DNA of 64,000 nucleotides from Vicinamibacterales bacterium. Lineage in GTDB: Bacteria > Acidobacteriota > Vicinamibacteria > Vicinamibacterales > UBA8438. The translations under genes were made by a program, and so were the position numbers. The stretch spans positions 4,255,887 through 4,319,886 of the forward strand of contig OZ242205.1 of NCBI GenBank assembly GCA_965206285.1. The letters are read 5' to 3'. Every line of letters begins with the position of its first letter. Position 1 is the first letter of the stretch. Positions 10,546 to 22,869 of the stretch are shown one piece after another. The notes under the pieces were generated by a model that saw only the letters and a list, made by a program, of their open reading frames with translations, searched no databases and was not told the DNA's origin.

Positions 10546-12040
10546 ATGCCCGTACTGCTCCAGATTCTCCTCACTCCGGCGTGCGCATCGCTGGTCGTGG
10601 CGCTGACCAGCCGCCGCTGGCCGCGGGCCGCGGGCTGGATCACGGGTCTCGCCCTCCTCTACGCCACCGGTCTGGCGGCAGCCGTCACCCTCGACGTGTC
10701 ACGGGGCGCGCCGGTCCGCGAGGACTATCCGGTGATCTCCCCCGGCATCGAGCTGCAGTTGCTCGCCGACGGGCTCAGCGCTCCCACCCTGTCGATCGTG
10801 CTTCTCCTGTGCACCGCCCTCGCCTTCTACTCCATCCATTACATCGAGCGTCGGATCGCGGTGCTTGTACGCGACCGCGGATCCGGACGTGCAAACGGCC
10901 CACTACAGCCGATTCTTCGCCCTGCTCCCGTTCTTTCCGCTGGGCTTCATCGGGACGATTCTGAGCACCAGCCTCGTCGCCGTGTACTTCTTCATGGAAG
11001 TCCTGACGGTCACGCTGTTCTTCCTGATGGCGTACTTCGGCTACCGGGAGCGCGTGCGGGTCGCGATGGTGAGCCTGTCCTGGGGCATCGTGGGGGCCCT
11101 GCTCTTCCTCGTGGGGGCCCTGCTCGTTTACAGCCACACCGGCAGCCTCTCGATGGCGGACCTCCCCGGGATGGCGGGAGCGCCGCTCGCGACCGGCGCC
11201 GTCGTCCTGTTCATCGTCAGCCTGATGATGAAGCTCGCGGTGGTGCCGTTTCACGTCTGGATGCCGCCGGTGCACGCCGAGCATCCGACGTGCATCGCCG
11301 GTCTGCTCGCGGTCTACGCCAACCTCGCGATCTACATCCTGATCCGGGTGGCGGTGCTGCCGCTCGGGACCGACATGGCGCCGTTCGGGCCGGTGCTGAT
11401 GGTCCTGGCCCTCATCACGATGGTGTACGGGTCGTTGCTGACCCTGGCGCAGACCGACATCAAGCGGCTGGCCGCGTGCTCGACGATCAGCCAGATCGCC
11501 TACTCGGTGCTCGGGCTCGGCGCGTTGACGGCGGCGAGCGTCGAGGGCAGCATGCTGTTCTTTCTCAGCCACATCATGGGGAAGACCGTGTTCTTCTCGA
11601 CCGCCGGCATCGTGGTGCACGTGACCGGCGTCCGGGACATGAACGCCCTGGGCGGGTTGGCGGCGCGGATGCCGGTGACGACGGTCCTGTGGATTGCGGG
11701 ATGCCTCATGCTCTCGGGCTTCCCGCCCTTCAGCAGCTTCGCGGCCGAATGGATCATGTTCACCGGCATCTTCGACCGCGGCACGATGACCGGACCGCTC
11801 GGACTCGCGGTGGCCATCGGCGGCCTGACCACGGTCGTGCTGACCGTGGCCTACACGTTCGGGGCGGCCCGGAAGATCTTCTTCGGACCGCTGCATCCCG
11901 ATCTGCGGGAAAAGGACCTGCGGGATCCTCCGTGGACCATGACCGTCCCGCTGCTGATCGTTGCGGCGACGTCGATGGCCCTCGGCCTCTATCCCGATCC
12001 GATGATGGCGTTGCTCGACTCCGTTATCAGAACGCTCTGA
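10546..12040 (+). pseudogene. NuoM/MrpD-family proton-conducting subunit, frameshifted near 10865
   Basis: N-terminal part (LLADGLSAP) is in the 10546 frame; the rest (FMEVL, KLAVVPFHVWMPPVHAEHPT, QTDIKRLAACSTISQ) is in the 10865 frame. Removing one T from GTGCTTGTAC joins them. Confidence 0.8.
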
Positions 12041-12256
12041 TCCGGTGTCGTCCACCCCGGGGTGCAATAGCGGGTGGAATTGGCCGGGCCGGGTGCGCTA
12101 CCGCCGGTCGGCGGCACACGCTTGAACCCTGGACGGACGGACGGCCCGAACGAAAAACGGCTCGACCCCATGCACGCACTGGTAGCGCGGGGACCGAGCC
12201 GTTCCCGATTGCGGCGCGCGGAAGTCCGCTCCGTCCTGCGGCGCAGACTCGCGGGA

Positions 12257-12293
12257 ACCCATGGCGAAAGCCCCGCGGGGCTTCACCACGGGC
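12257..12293 (-). repeat. collapsed MITE-like inverted repeat (type 1) just after a lipoprotein TAG stop; possible terminator
   Basis: Minus strand GCCCGTGGTGAAGCCCCGCGGGGCTTTCGCCATGGGT; arms match the TIRs at 34604/34779. Confidence 0.65.
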
Positions 12294-12295
12294 GT

Positions 12296-13000
12296 CTAGC
12301 CGATGTTCCGAATCACCCAGCCGCCTTCCATGGGCATGCCGTCCTCGCCGGTCAGAATCGCCCGCTGCAGGGTGACGGTCATCGTCTCTTCCGTCTCGTT
12401 GCCGTCGAGCTCGACCCGCGCGGTGATCACCACTTCCTTCGTCACCAGCTCGCCGTTGTACTGCGTGAGATCGAGCGGGTTGTTCGGATCGAACATGCTG
12501 AGCGAAGCCTCGTTCTGCTCGGTATTCAGCTCGTCCAGGGCGGCCGCCACGGTCCTGGAGTGCACGATCGTGCGGTCGCGCCAGTCCGTCCACGCCTCCT
12601 GGACCTCGCGGTCGCGGCGGCGCACGTCGTCGCCCTCCCGCTCCGCCTCGAGCACACGGTTGATCGCGTCGAAGTTCTCGTCCTGATACGCGACCTTCTC
12701 CTCCGTGAACGCGTCCTCGGCTTCCCGCGCCTCGGCCAGGGCCTGGCTCAGCTCTTGCATCCGGAGCGGGCGGGGCTGCTCTTCCGACACGCTCTGCACG
12801 CTCACCCTGGATACCGCACCGCGCTCCTCGGTGTTCCAGGCATACATCGAGATGTTCGCGAGCGATGCCCGGTCGTTGAACCCCGTAGCCCGAAAATATG
12901 TCTGTACGAGAGTCTGTTCCGCTCCCGAGCCGCCGCAGGCGCTGATCAGCAACCCCATGCACAGCGCGAGCACCGGCACCTTCATCCTGGATCGAGCCAT
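12296..13000 (-). CDS. hypothetical lipoprotein with coiled-coil region
   Basis: AGGAGG RBS before ATG 13000; signal peptide with lipobox LISAC; GC-type codon usage. Confidence 0.75.
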   Translation of the reverse strand: MARSRMKVPVLALCMGLLISACGGSGAEQTLVQTYFRATGFNDRASLANISMYAWNTEERGAVSRVSVQSVSEEQPRPLRMQELSQALAEAREAEDAFTEEKVAYQDENFDAINRVLEAEREGDDVRRRDREVQEAWTDWRDRTIVHSRTVAAALDELNTEQNEASLSMFDPNNPLDLTQYNGELVTKEVVITARVELDGNETEETMTVTLQRAILTGEDGMPMEGGWVIRNIG

Positions 13001-13128
13001 CTCACCGCCTCCTTGCGCTGGCAGCCATGGGTGAACGGCCGAGAACGGGCCGTTCATCTTTCTTGACTGCATTGTGTCCTCGACCGAATGCACTCCTCAC
13101 CCGAACCGTCCGGCCCCGAGCCGCGCCT

Positions 13129-15639
13129 TCAACTCTCCTGATCGTCTGAAATCGCCTCGGTTCCGTTCTCTTCGCGGGTTTCGTCGTCTGCGCTCATGTC
13201 GCCCAGCCTCGCAAGCGAGACGACCTGATCCTGGTTGTCGATCCCGATCAGCCGCACCCCCTGCGTTGCCCGTCCGATGGGGCGGATGTCCGTCGTGTCC
13301 ATGCGGAGCACTTTCCCCTGCTGGGTGATGAGCATCAGCTCATCTTCGTTCTCCACATAGGCGATTCCGACGACCAAGCCGTTCCGGGCAGTTGCCTGGA
13401 TGTTAATGATACCGACTCCCCCGCGGGATTGCACGCGGTATTCGTCGATTCCCGTCCGCTTGCCGTAACCGTTCTCGGTGACCGTCAGCATGGTGCCCCC
13501 GGGACGGACGACGGTCACCGCCACGACTTCGTCGTCAGCCCGCAGTCGAACGCCCCGCACGCCCCGCGCGGTTCGCCCCATGGACCGCACATCCTGCTCG
13601 GTGAAACGGATCGCCATTCCCTGTCGGGTGCCCAGGAACACGTCACCGTGCCCATCGCTGATCTCGGCGGCAATCACCGCGTCGTCCTCGTCGACGCCGA
13701 CCGCCATGATGCCCTTCTGTCTCGGGTTGCGGAACGCGCGGAGATCCGTCTTCTTGATGATGCCCCGCCGGGTTCCGGTGAGGATGTAGCGTTCTCCCTC
13801 GGCATCGGGCCACTCGCGAACCGCCAGCAACGCGGCGATCCTCTCGTCCGGCTCCATCGAGACCAGGTTGGCGATCGATTTCCCGCGGCCGCTCGGACCG
13901 ACGTCCGGAATCGTGTGCACCTTCAGCCAGTACACCCGCCCCCGATCCGAGAAAATGAGGATGTAGGCGTGGGTCGACGCCACGAAGAGGTGCGTCAGGA
14001 AATCCCCGTCGCGGGTGCGCATCCCGAGACGGCCCTTGCCGCCGCGCCGTTGCCCCCGATACTCGGTGATCGCAGTCCGCTTGATATAGCCGGTGTTGCT
14101 CACGGTGATGGCCATGTCCTCTTCGGCGATCAGATCCTCGATGCGCAGCTCGCCCGGGTCGTCCACGATCTCCGTGCGCCGGTCGTCACCATACTTGCTC
14201 TGCACCTCCCGCAGCTCATCGACCACGATGCCCATCAACAACGTTTCACTGCCGAGAATCTCGCGAAGCCGTAGAATTTCCTTCAGCAGCCCGGCCAGCT
14301 CGTCCAGCACCTTCTGCCGCTCGAGTCCGGTCAGGCGCTGCAACTGCATGTCGAGAATGGCCTGGGCCTGAATTCGGCTCAGCTCGAACTCCTCGATCAG
14401 CCCTTCGCGCGCCTCGGCGGGGTTGCCGGCGCTGCGGATCAGCGCAATCACGGCATCGAGATGATCGAGGGCGATCTTCAGTCCCTCGAGAATGTGAGCC
14501 CGGGCCTCCGCCTTGCGCAGCTCGTGCTCCGTGCGCCGCCGGACCACGTCGTGCCGAAACGCGATGAACCGCTCGACGAGATCCAGCAGTTCGAGGACCC
14601 GCGGCCGTCCGTCGACGATGGCCAGCATGATCACGCCGAAAGTGGTCTGGAACGGGGTGTGCTTGTACAGGTTGTTGAGAACGACTTCCGGCATCTCGCC
14701 GCGCTTCAGCTCGATGACGATCCGCATGCCCTGGCGGTCCGACTCGTCGCGCAGGTCGCTGATGCCGTCGAGGGACTTGGCCCGGACCAGCTCTGCGATC
14801 TTCTCGATCAGACGGGTCTTGTTGAGCTGGTAGGGAATCTCGGTGATGACGATCGCCTGGCGTTCCCCCTTCCGGATGTCCTCGATCGCGGCCCGACCCC
14901 GTACCGTGAGGGATCCGCGGCCGGTCTGGTAGGCTGCATCGATGCCCGCATGCCCCACGATGAACCCGCCGGTCGGAAAATCCGGCCCGCTGATGCGAGC
15001 CCGCAAGCCGCGGCGCTTGTCGCCGTCGCTCTCCTCGCGGTGATCGATGATCCACACGATGCCGTCGATGACTTCCTGCAGGTTGTGCGGCGGGATATTG
15101 GTGGCCATGCCGACCGCGATCCCGGCGGAACCGTTCACGAGGAGATTCGGATACGGCGTCGGCAGAACCGTGGGCTCCTCGGTCGTCTCGTCGTAGTTGG
15201 CCACGAAGTCGACCGTCTCCTTGTCGAGATCGGCCATCAGGTCGTCCGAGATCGGCTGCAACCGGGCCTCGGTATACCGCATCGCCGCCGGCGGGTCGCC
15301 ATCGACGGAACCGAAGTTCCCCTGACCGTCGACCAGGGGATAGCGCATGTTGAACCCCTGGGCCAGCCGCACCAGGGTGTCGTAGATCGATGCGTCCCCA
15401 TGCGGATGGAAGTTCCCCATCACCTCGCCCACGATCTTGGCGCACTTCCGGTACGCCCGGTTCGAGGCCAATCCCATCAGCCGCATGCCGTACACGACGC
15501 GCCGGTGCGCCGGTTTCAGCCCGTCGCGCACGTCGGGCAGCGCACGGCCGATGATGACGCTCATGGCGTAGTCCATGTACGAGCGCCGCATTTCGTCTTC
15601 GATGTTGACTGGCAATCTGGTGTCTGAAACGTCGGCCAT
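13129..15639 (-). CDS. gyrA: DNA gyrase subunit A
   Basis: [28 protein letters not shown] and GyrA-box QRRGGKG. Confidence 0.98.
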   Translation of the reverse strand: MADVSDTRLPVNIEDEMRRSYMDYAMSVIIGRALPDVRDGLKPAHRRVVYGMRLMGLASNRAYRKCAKIVGEVMGNFHPHGDASIYDTLVRLAQGFNMRYPLVDGQGNFGSVDGDPPAAMRYTEARLQPISDDLMADLDKETVDFVANYDETTEEPTVLPTPYPNLLVNGSAGIAVGMATNIPPHNLQEVIDGIVWIIDHREESDGDKRRGLRARISGPDFPTGGFIVGHAGIDAAYQTGRGSLTVRGRAAIEDIRKGERQAIVITEIPYQLNKTRLIEKIAELVRAKSLDGISDLRDESDRQGMRIVIELKRGEMPEVVLNNLYKHTPFQTTFGVIMLAIVDGRPRVLELLDLVERFIAFRHDVVRRRTEHELRKAEARAHILEGLKIALDHLDAVIALIRSAGNPAEAREGLIEEFELSRIQAQAILDMQLQRLTGLERQKVLDELAGLLKEILRLREILGSETLLMGIVVDELREVQSKYGDDRRTEIVDDPGELRIEDLIAEEDMAITVSNTGYIKRTAITEYRGQRRGGKGRLGMRTRDGDFLTHLFVASTHAYILIFSDRGRVYWLKVHTIPDVGPSGRGKSIANLVSMEPDERIAALLAVREWPDAEGERYILTGTRRGIIKKTDLRAFRNPRQKGIMAVGVDEDDAVIAAEISDGHGDVFLGTRQGMAIRFTEQDVRSMGRTARGVRGVRLRADDEVVAVTVVRPGGTMLTVTENGYGKRTGIDEYRVQSRGGVGIINIQATARNGLVVGIAYVENEDELMLITQQGKVLRMDTTDIRPIGRATQGVRLIGIDNQDQVVSLARLGDMSADDETREENGTEAISDDQES

Positions 15640-15760
15640 GGTTGGGAAGGACCCCGGTGTGACGGTGAATCGGATCTCCGCTACCGGCGTGGCCGCCGGC
15701 CGTGGACATTCTGCGGTACGGGCGTGTCTGCGACGATTGCGGCGGCGTCAGCGGCGGCTG

Positions 15761-18304
<2,544 letters not shown>

Positions 18305-18454
18305 TCACTCGGCGGTCCACCGAATCAATCATCCGCCCCCCCACCCGCAAGCGCTGGCCTCGCGGGAGGCATCGCCGCCGCCCGACGCTGCCAGCGCGAC
18401 CTTCACGGTCGCGTTTGCAGTTTCGCTGACGCGAAACTGCCACGGGGCAGGCCC

Positions 18455-19603
18455 CTAGACCCGCATCGGCATGATCACGTACGTGTACTCGCATGCCTCG
18501 GAGGACAGGGGCGACAGCACCGCCTGGCTCACCTCGTCCTTGAACGCGAGCACGACACTGTCGGAATCGACGACGCCCAGAAAATCAAGGACGTACTGCG
18601 CGTTGAAACAGATCACCGTCTCCGCCCCCTCGTAGTCGACGGTGAGCACTTCGGTTGCTTCGCCGACTTCCGGACTGCTGGACGACACCTCGACGCCTCC
18701 GGCGGCAATCTGCAACTTGACCGCCCGTGACCGCTCGTTCGACAACAGGGCGACACGCTTTACGGTGCTCGACAGGCGGTCCCGGTCGAACTCGATGCGC
18801 TTGTCGTTGCCCTTGGGCAGAACCCGCTCGTGGGCGGGAAACTGCGCATCGATGGTCCGGGAGATGAGCTGCCGCCGGCCCACGTCGAAAAAAAGATGAT
18901 TGGCGCCCCGCTCGTAGCCCACCTCGCCCGATTCGTCCTCGCCGAGCAGGCGAGCGAGCTCCCACATCGTCTTCCTGGGCAGAATGACCCGGGCCGGATC
19001 CTCCGCATCCCCGCCGGTCCCCCCCTCCGATTCGCCCTCCGTCGGCTTGCACGTGGCCGAGGCCAGGGCGAGTCGATGGCCATCCGTGGCGACCAGGCTC
19101 ATCGACGACGCCGACAGGAGAAACAGGGCGCCGTTCAGGAAAAACCGCGTGTCCTCACCGGTGATCGCGAACTGCGTCTTGGCCACCATCTCGGCCAGCG
19201 GCGCTGCCGCGAGAGCCGCGGTGACCGTACCGCTCGCCTCCGGCATCGACGGAAAGTCCTCCCGCGGCAGGGTCTGCATCCGCGAGCTGAACCGCTCGGC
19301 CGCCACGCTCACCGATCCCGCGGCCGGTTGGGTAATCCGGATGTCGGTGTCCGGCAACGCCCGAGCGATCTCGTAGAGCTTCCGTGCCGGAAGGGTCAGC
19401 GAGCCGCCCTGAACGACGGTAGCGGCACACCGGCTGCGCAGCCCCACCTCCAGATCCGTCGCCGCGAGACGGATCTCCGATGCCCCGTCATCCGCTTCGA
19501 TCAGGACGTTTGCGAGGATGGGAATGGTGTTCTTCCGCTCGACGATGCCTTGAAGAAGTTGCAGTTCTTTGAGGAGTTCGGTCTGGCGAACATTGAATTC
19601 CAT
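18455..19603 (-). CDS. dnaN: DNA polymerase III beta sliding clamp
   Basis: TIPILANVLI, ATDLEV, ATDGHRL, C-terminal VIMPMRV. Confidence 0.97.
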   Translation of the reverse strand: MEFNVRQTELLKELQLLQGIVERKNTIPILANVLIEADDGASEIRLAATDLEVGLRSRCAATVVQGGSLTLPARKLYEIARALPDTDIRITQPAAGSVSVAAERFSSRMQTLPREDFPSMPEASGTVTAALAAAPLAEMVAKTQFAITGEDTRFFLNGALFLLSASSMSLVATDGHRLALASATCKPTEGESEGGTGGDAEDPARVILPRKTMWELARLLGEDESGEVGYERGANHLFFDVGRRQLISRTIDAQFPAHERVLPKGNDKRIEFDRDRLSSTVKRVALLSNERSRAVKLQIAAGGVEVSSSSPEVGEATEVLTVDYEGAETVICFNAQYVLDFLGVVDSDSVVLAFKDEVSQAVLSPLSSEACEYTYVIMPMRV

Positions 19604-19629
19604 CGAGGGAGTGACCTTCGGGGTTGACA

Positions 19630-19860
19630 CCGTAAACTGTAGGTATCTGTCGACGTACTGATCTCTAAACTATATCAGTAAGTACTGTTGAAAAGGGCGC
19701 TCATGTCAGGTTAAATGGTTTTATATCAATGGTTTAAGGTGTTGAAAACCCGCTGGATTCCCGGTGGGATCGGGGCTCCGCGTTCCACAGTTCGGCCTGC
19801 TTGCAGGATCTCCACGGGAGGCCGATCAACCTGTTGACGGAGTGCTGTGGAAAAAAGCCG
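19630..19860. promoter_or_regulatory. oriC core between dnaA and dnaN (AT-rich segment, IHF site, DnaA boxes)
   Basis: AT-rich 19633-19740; TGTTGAAAA at 19686 and 19740; consensus box TGTGGAAAA at 19846-19854; IHF consensus match TATCAATGGTTTA at 19724-19736. Confidence 0.8.
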
Positions 19861-19895
19861 GCCTGCGACCGGGCGACAGGCAGGGACAGGAGCTT

Positions 19896-21236
19896 TTAGT
19901 TGACCAACTTCCTGATCGACTTGACGAAGCTCTCGATGAGGGTGTTGAAATTGGCATCCTTCTTGCACTTTTCTTCGATCTTGTCGACCGCGTAGATGAC
20001 GGTCGAGTAGTGCTTGCCGAACTTCCGGCCGATCTCCGGATACGATGCCTCAGTGAGGGTTCTTGCCAGATACATCGTGATCTGACGCGGCAACACGATT
20101 GCCTGCGCATTGTTGCGGGACTTGAGGTCGCTCAGCTTGAGCGAGTAGTGGTTGGCGATGTGCTTCTGGACGAGCTCGACGGTGATCAGGGGTCTGTCGC
20201 GCTCACCGATGTTCGGGAGGACCTCCTGGGCCAACGGCAGGGAGATCTTCTGGCGCCACAGCGAGGCGCGGGCTATCAGCGTGGTGAGGGAACCCTCGAG
20301 CTCCCGGATGTTGGACTTGATTCTCTCGGCGATGTAGAGCGCCACATCGTCGTCGATCGGGACGGCGGGGGCCAGGTGCTCGGCTTTCTTCTTGAGAATC
20401 GCGATTCTGGTCTCGAGATCCGGAGGCTGAATGTCGACCGTCAGGCCCCACTCGAAGCGCGATCGGAGCCGTTCCTCGAGGAACTGGAGCTCCTGAGGTG
20501 GACAGTCGCTGCTGATGACGATCTGCTTCTGGGCGTCGTAGAGCGAGTTGAACGTGTGGAAGAACTCGATCTGCGTGCCCTCACGGCTGGCCAGAAACTG
20601 GATGTCGTCCACCAGCAGGATATCCGTGCTGCGGTACCGCGCCCGAAAGTCGATGGTCCGGTCGAAACGGATCGCGTTGATCATCTCGTTCATGAAGCGG
20701 TCGGACGAGATGTAGGTCCGCGTCGACTGCGGCGAGTGGATGTCCAGGTACTCGCCGATGGCGTGCATGAGGTGCGTTTTTCCGAGCCCGACGCCGCCGT
20801 AGAGGAAGAGCGGGTTGTAGGACCGCGCCGGGGCTTCGGCCACGGCGCGTGCGGCCGCGTGCGCGAACTGGTTCGAGGGGCCGACGACGAATTCCTCGAA
20901 GGTGTAGCGCTGGTGATGTTGCGCCGACGGACGGGGGGTGGGCTCGGCCCGATCGGATTCGGGGCGCCGGGCCGCGTCCGCCGCGGTCGGCGTGGGGTCG
21001 GTCGTCACGAGCGAGACGACCGTCTCCGGTCGACCGAGCTCGTCGGCGGCCTCCTTGATGACCCCGGCATAGTGGCGGGTCAGCCAATGCTTGAAGAGAT
21101 CGCTGGGGACGAGGACCGTGACCTCTTCGCCGTCGTTCTCGACGAACCTGGTGGGCTTGAACCACGTGTGGAAAATGTACCGGCTGACCTTGTTCTCGAC
21201 GCGCGCCAGGATTTGGTCCCAGAGGTTGCTCGACAT
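19896..21236 (-). CDS. dnaA: chromosomal replication initiator
   Basis: YNPLFLYGGVGLGKTHL, LLVDDIQF, RLRSRFEWGL, NIRELEG; alternative start at 21251. Confidence 0.98.
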   Translation of the reverse strand: MSSNLWDQILARVENKVSRYIFHTWFKPTRFVENDGEEVTVLVPSDLFKHWLTRHYAGVIKEAADELGRPETVVSLVTTDPTPTAADAARRPESDRAEPTPRPSAQHHQRYTFEEFVVGPSNQFAHAAARAVAEAPARSYNPLFLYGGVGLGKTHLMHAIGEYLDIHSPQSTRTYISSDRFMNEMINAIRFDRTIDFRARYRSTDILLVDDIQFLASREGTQIEFFHTFNSLYDAQKQIVISSDCPPQELQFLEERLRSRFEWGLTVDIQPPDLETRIAILKKKAEHLAPAVPIDDDVALYIAERIKSNIRELEGSLTTLIARASLWRQKISLPLAQEVLPNIGERDRPLITVELVQKHIANHYSLKLSDLKSRNNAQAIVLPRQITMYLARTLTEASYPEIGRKFGKHYSTVIYAVDKIEEKCKKDANFNTLIESFVKSIRKLVN

Positions 21237-21592
21237 TGGCGCCACTCGCATGGATTCGCTGTCCGGTCAGCCGGCCATGAAGCGAACGTTTCGGTTGAAC
21301 GCTTTCGGTTGTCCTGAGCCCGGTGAACTTCACCCGTGCGGACACGAACGAGCGGTCGTCGGATCGTTCGCCGCCAAGAGGGGCGCGGGTGCAACGGCCG
21401 ACCACGATACCACAGCCGGTGGCGTGTCGGAATACCCCGCTTTTAGACTCCTAGTTCGGCGAGGAACAGCGGTCCAGCCCAAACTGAGCACGCGTTGCGC
21501 AAATCGGGTCATTTCTCTCAAATATCTGAAATAAAAAGGTTTAGATCTGTATGGAGCCGGTTGCGGTTCTTGAAAAACCCGCGAAACGTATG

Positions 21593-21624
21593 TTTTCCAT
21601 ACTGTTTTCCATACCTGTGGAAAA
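21593..21624. promoter_or_regulatory. DnaA-box cluster upstream of dnaA
   Basis: TTTTCCATA at 21593-21601 and 21605-21613, TGTGGAAAA at 21616-21624, next to an AT-rich tract at 21510-21550. Confidence 0.75.
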
Positions 21625-21834
21625 CCGCTGGAATACGGAGAGAAGAACGCTTTCATCGGGGTGAGATTTGGATTGTAGCACACGCACCGCGCAGGTGTCC
21701 TCAAGCTCGAAACGGCAGGATTTCAACAACCTCCGGAAGGGCGCGCCGAGGTCTTGAGGACGCCGATTCTTGACAGACAGGCAGCGGAGCACCTAGCATA
21801 AAGGGTTCCAGCAGGAACGGAGGGTCCTGATCCG

Positions 21835-21975
21835 ATGAAGCGCACCTTTCAACCCAATCGTCGCCATCGCAAGAAGACGCACGGATTTCGTGCGCGCATG
21901 AGCACCCCGGCGGGCCGGCGCGTGCTCAGTCGCCGGCGGGCGAAGGGGCGCCACCGGTTGACCGTCTCCGACTAG
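21835..21975 (+). CDS. rpmH: 50S ribosomal protein L34
   Basis: Manual translation [46 protein letters not shown]; too short for the ORF track. Confidence 0.97.
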   Translation: MKRTFQPNRRHRKKTHGFRARMSTPAGRRVLSRRRAKGRHRLTVSD

Positions 21976-22196
21976 AGGGGTTCCTGCGCCGCCGGACGGT
22001 GCAGATTTCCCTGTGAGGATGGTCGAGCGGCAAGCGGCGCCGCAAGGCGGCGATAATCGGGGCCAGAAGTCTGCGCAGCGGAACAGGGGCGCGGATTCCG
22101 GGTGCGAGGGAGGCCGGTGGCCATTGCACGCGTGCGGTCAACTGCCGGCTGCCCCTGCTTTCGGGCTCGTTTCGCCGTTGAGGGGAACTGGACGGT

Positions 22197-22547
22197 TTGA
22201 CGCGGTCGCTCACACGTCGTGAACGGATTCGCCGCCGCCCGGAGTTCCTCCGGATTCAGCAGCACGGTGTACGAACTCGGGGGCGCTACATGACGCTGGT
22301 CGGGCGCTCCGGCGATCAGACTTGCAGCCGCCTCGGCGTCGTCGCACCTCGCCGCCTCGGAAACGCCGCACGACGCAATCTCATCAAGCGCCGCGTCCGG
22401 GAACTCTTCCGGCACGACAAACCGGTACCGATAATCGACTTGGTGGTACTGCCTTTCCGCGAATTTCCAGATGTCTCGTTTGGTTCCCTGCAGAACGACT
22501 ATCGGCGAACCCTCCGACGCCAACTCCGCGCGCTGGCGTCGCGGTAG
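22197..22547 (+). CDS. rnpA: ribonuclease P protein component
   Basis: [25 protein letters not shown] (RNR motif); position after rpmH. Confidence 0.93.
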   Translation: MTRSLTRRERIRRRPEFLRIQQHGVRTRGRYMTLVGRSGDQTCSRLGVVAPRRLGNAARRNLIKRRVRELFRHDKPVPIIDLVVLPFREFPDVSFGSLQNDYRRTLRRQLRALASR

Positions 22548-22563
22548 AGGCGGTGGAGAGGTT

Positions 22564-22863
22564 CTGTATGCCCTGCTGCGGCAGGCGGATCGGTGGTCGG
22601 TCGGCCTGTCGATAGCACTGCTGAACGGCTATCGAGTGGTGTTCGGTCCACTGTTGGGCGGCGCCTGCCGCTTCCAGCCATCCTGCTCGCACTACGCCGA
22701 GGAGGCGCTACGGCGTCATGGAAGCCTTCGCGGCACGTGGCTCACGCTTGGCCGTCTGTGTCGTTGTCACCCGTTGCATCCCGGCGGGGCTGATCCGGTA
22801 CCGGCGATCGACGAACCATGCGAGCCATCGTGGAGGCGTGTCCCGGGACGTCGGGACGTGTGA
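22564..22863 (+). CDS. yidD: membrane protein insertion efficiency factor
   Basis: [15 protein letters not shown]...[12 protein letters not shown]; start uncertain (CTG at 22564 after GGAG). Confidence 0.85.
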   Translation: MYALLRQADRWSVGLSIALLNGYRVVFGPLLGGACRFQPSCSHYAEEALRRHGSLRGTWLTLGRLCRCHPLHPGGADPVPAIDEPCEPSWRRVPGRRDV

Positions 22864-22869
22864 TCTGTC

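Noticed and set aside
12205-12290. GGAAGTCC / GGCGAAAGCC resembling RNase P RNA or a riboswitch
   Set aside because: No matching P4 partner and too short; explained by the dispersed repeat families
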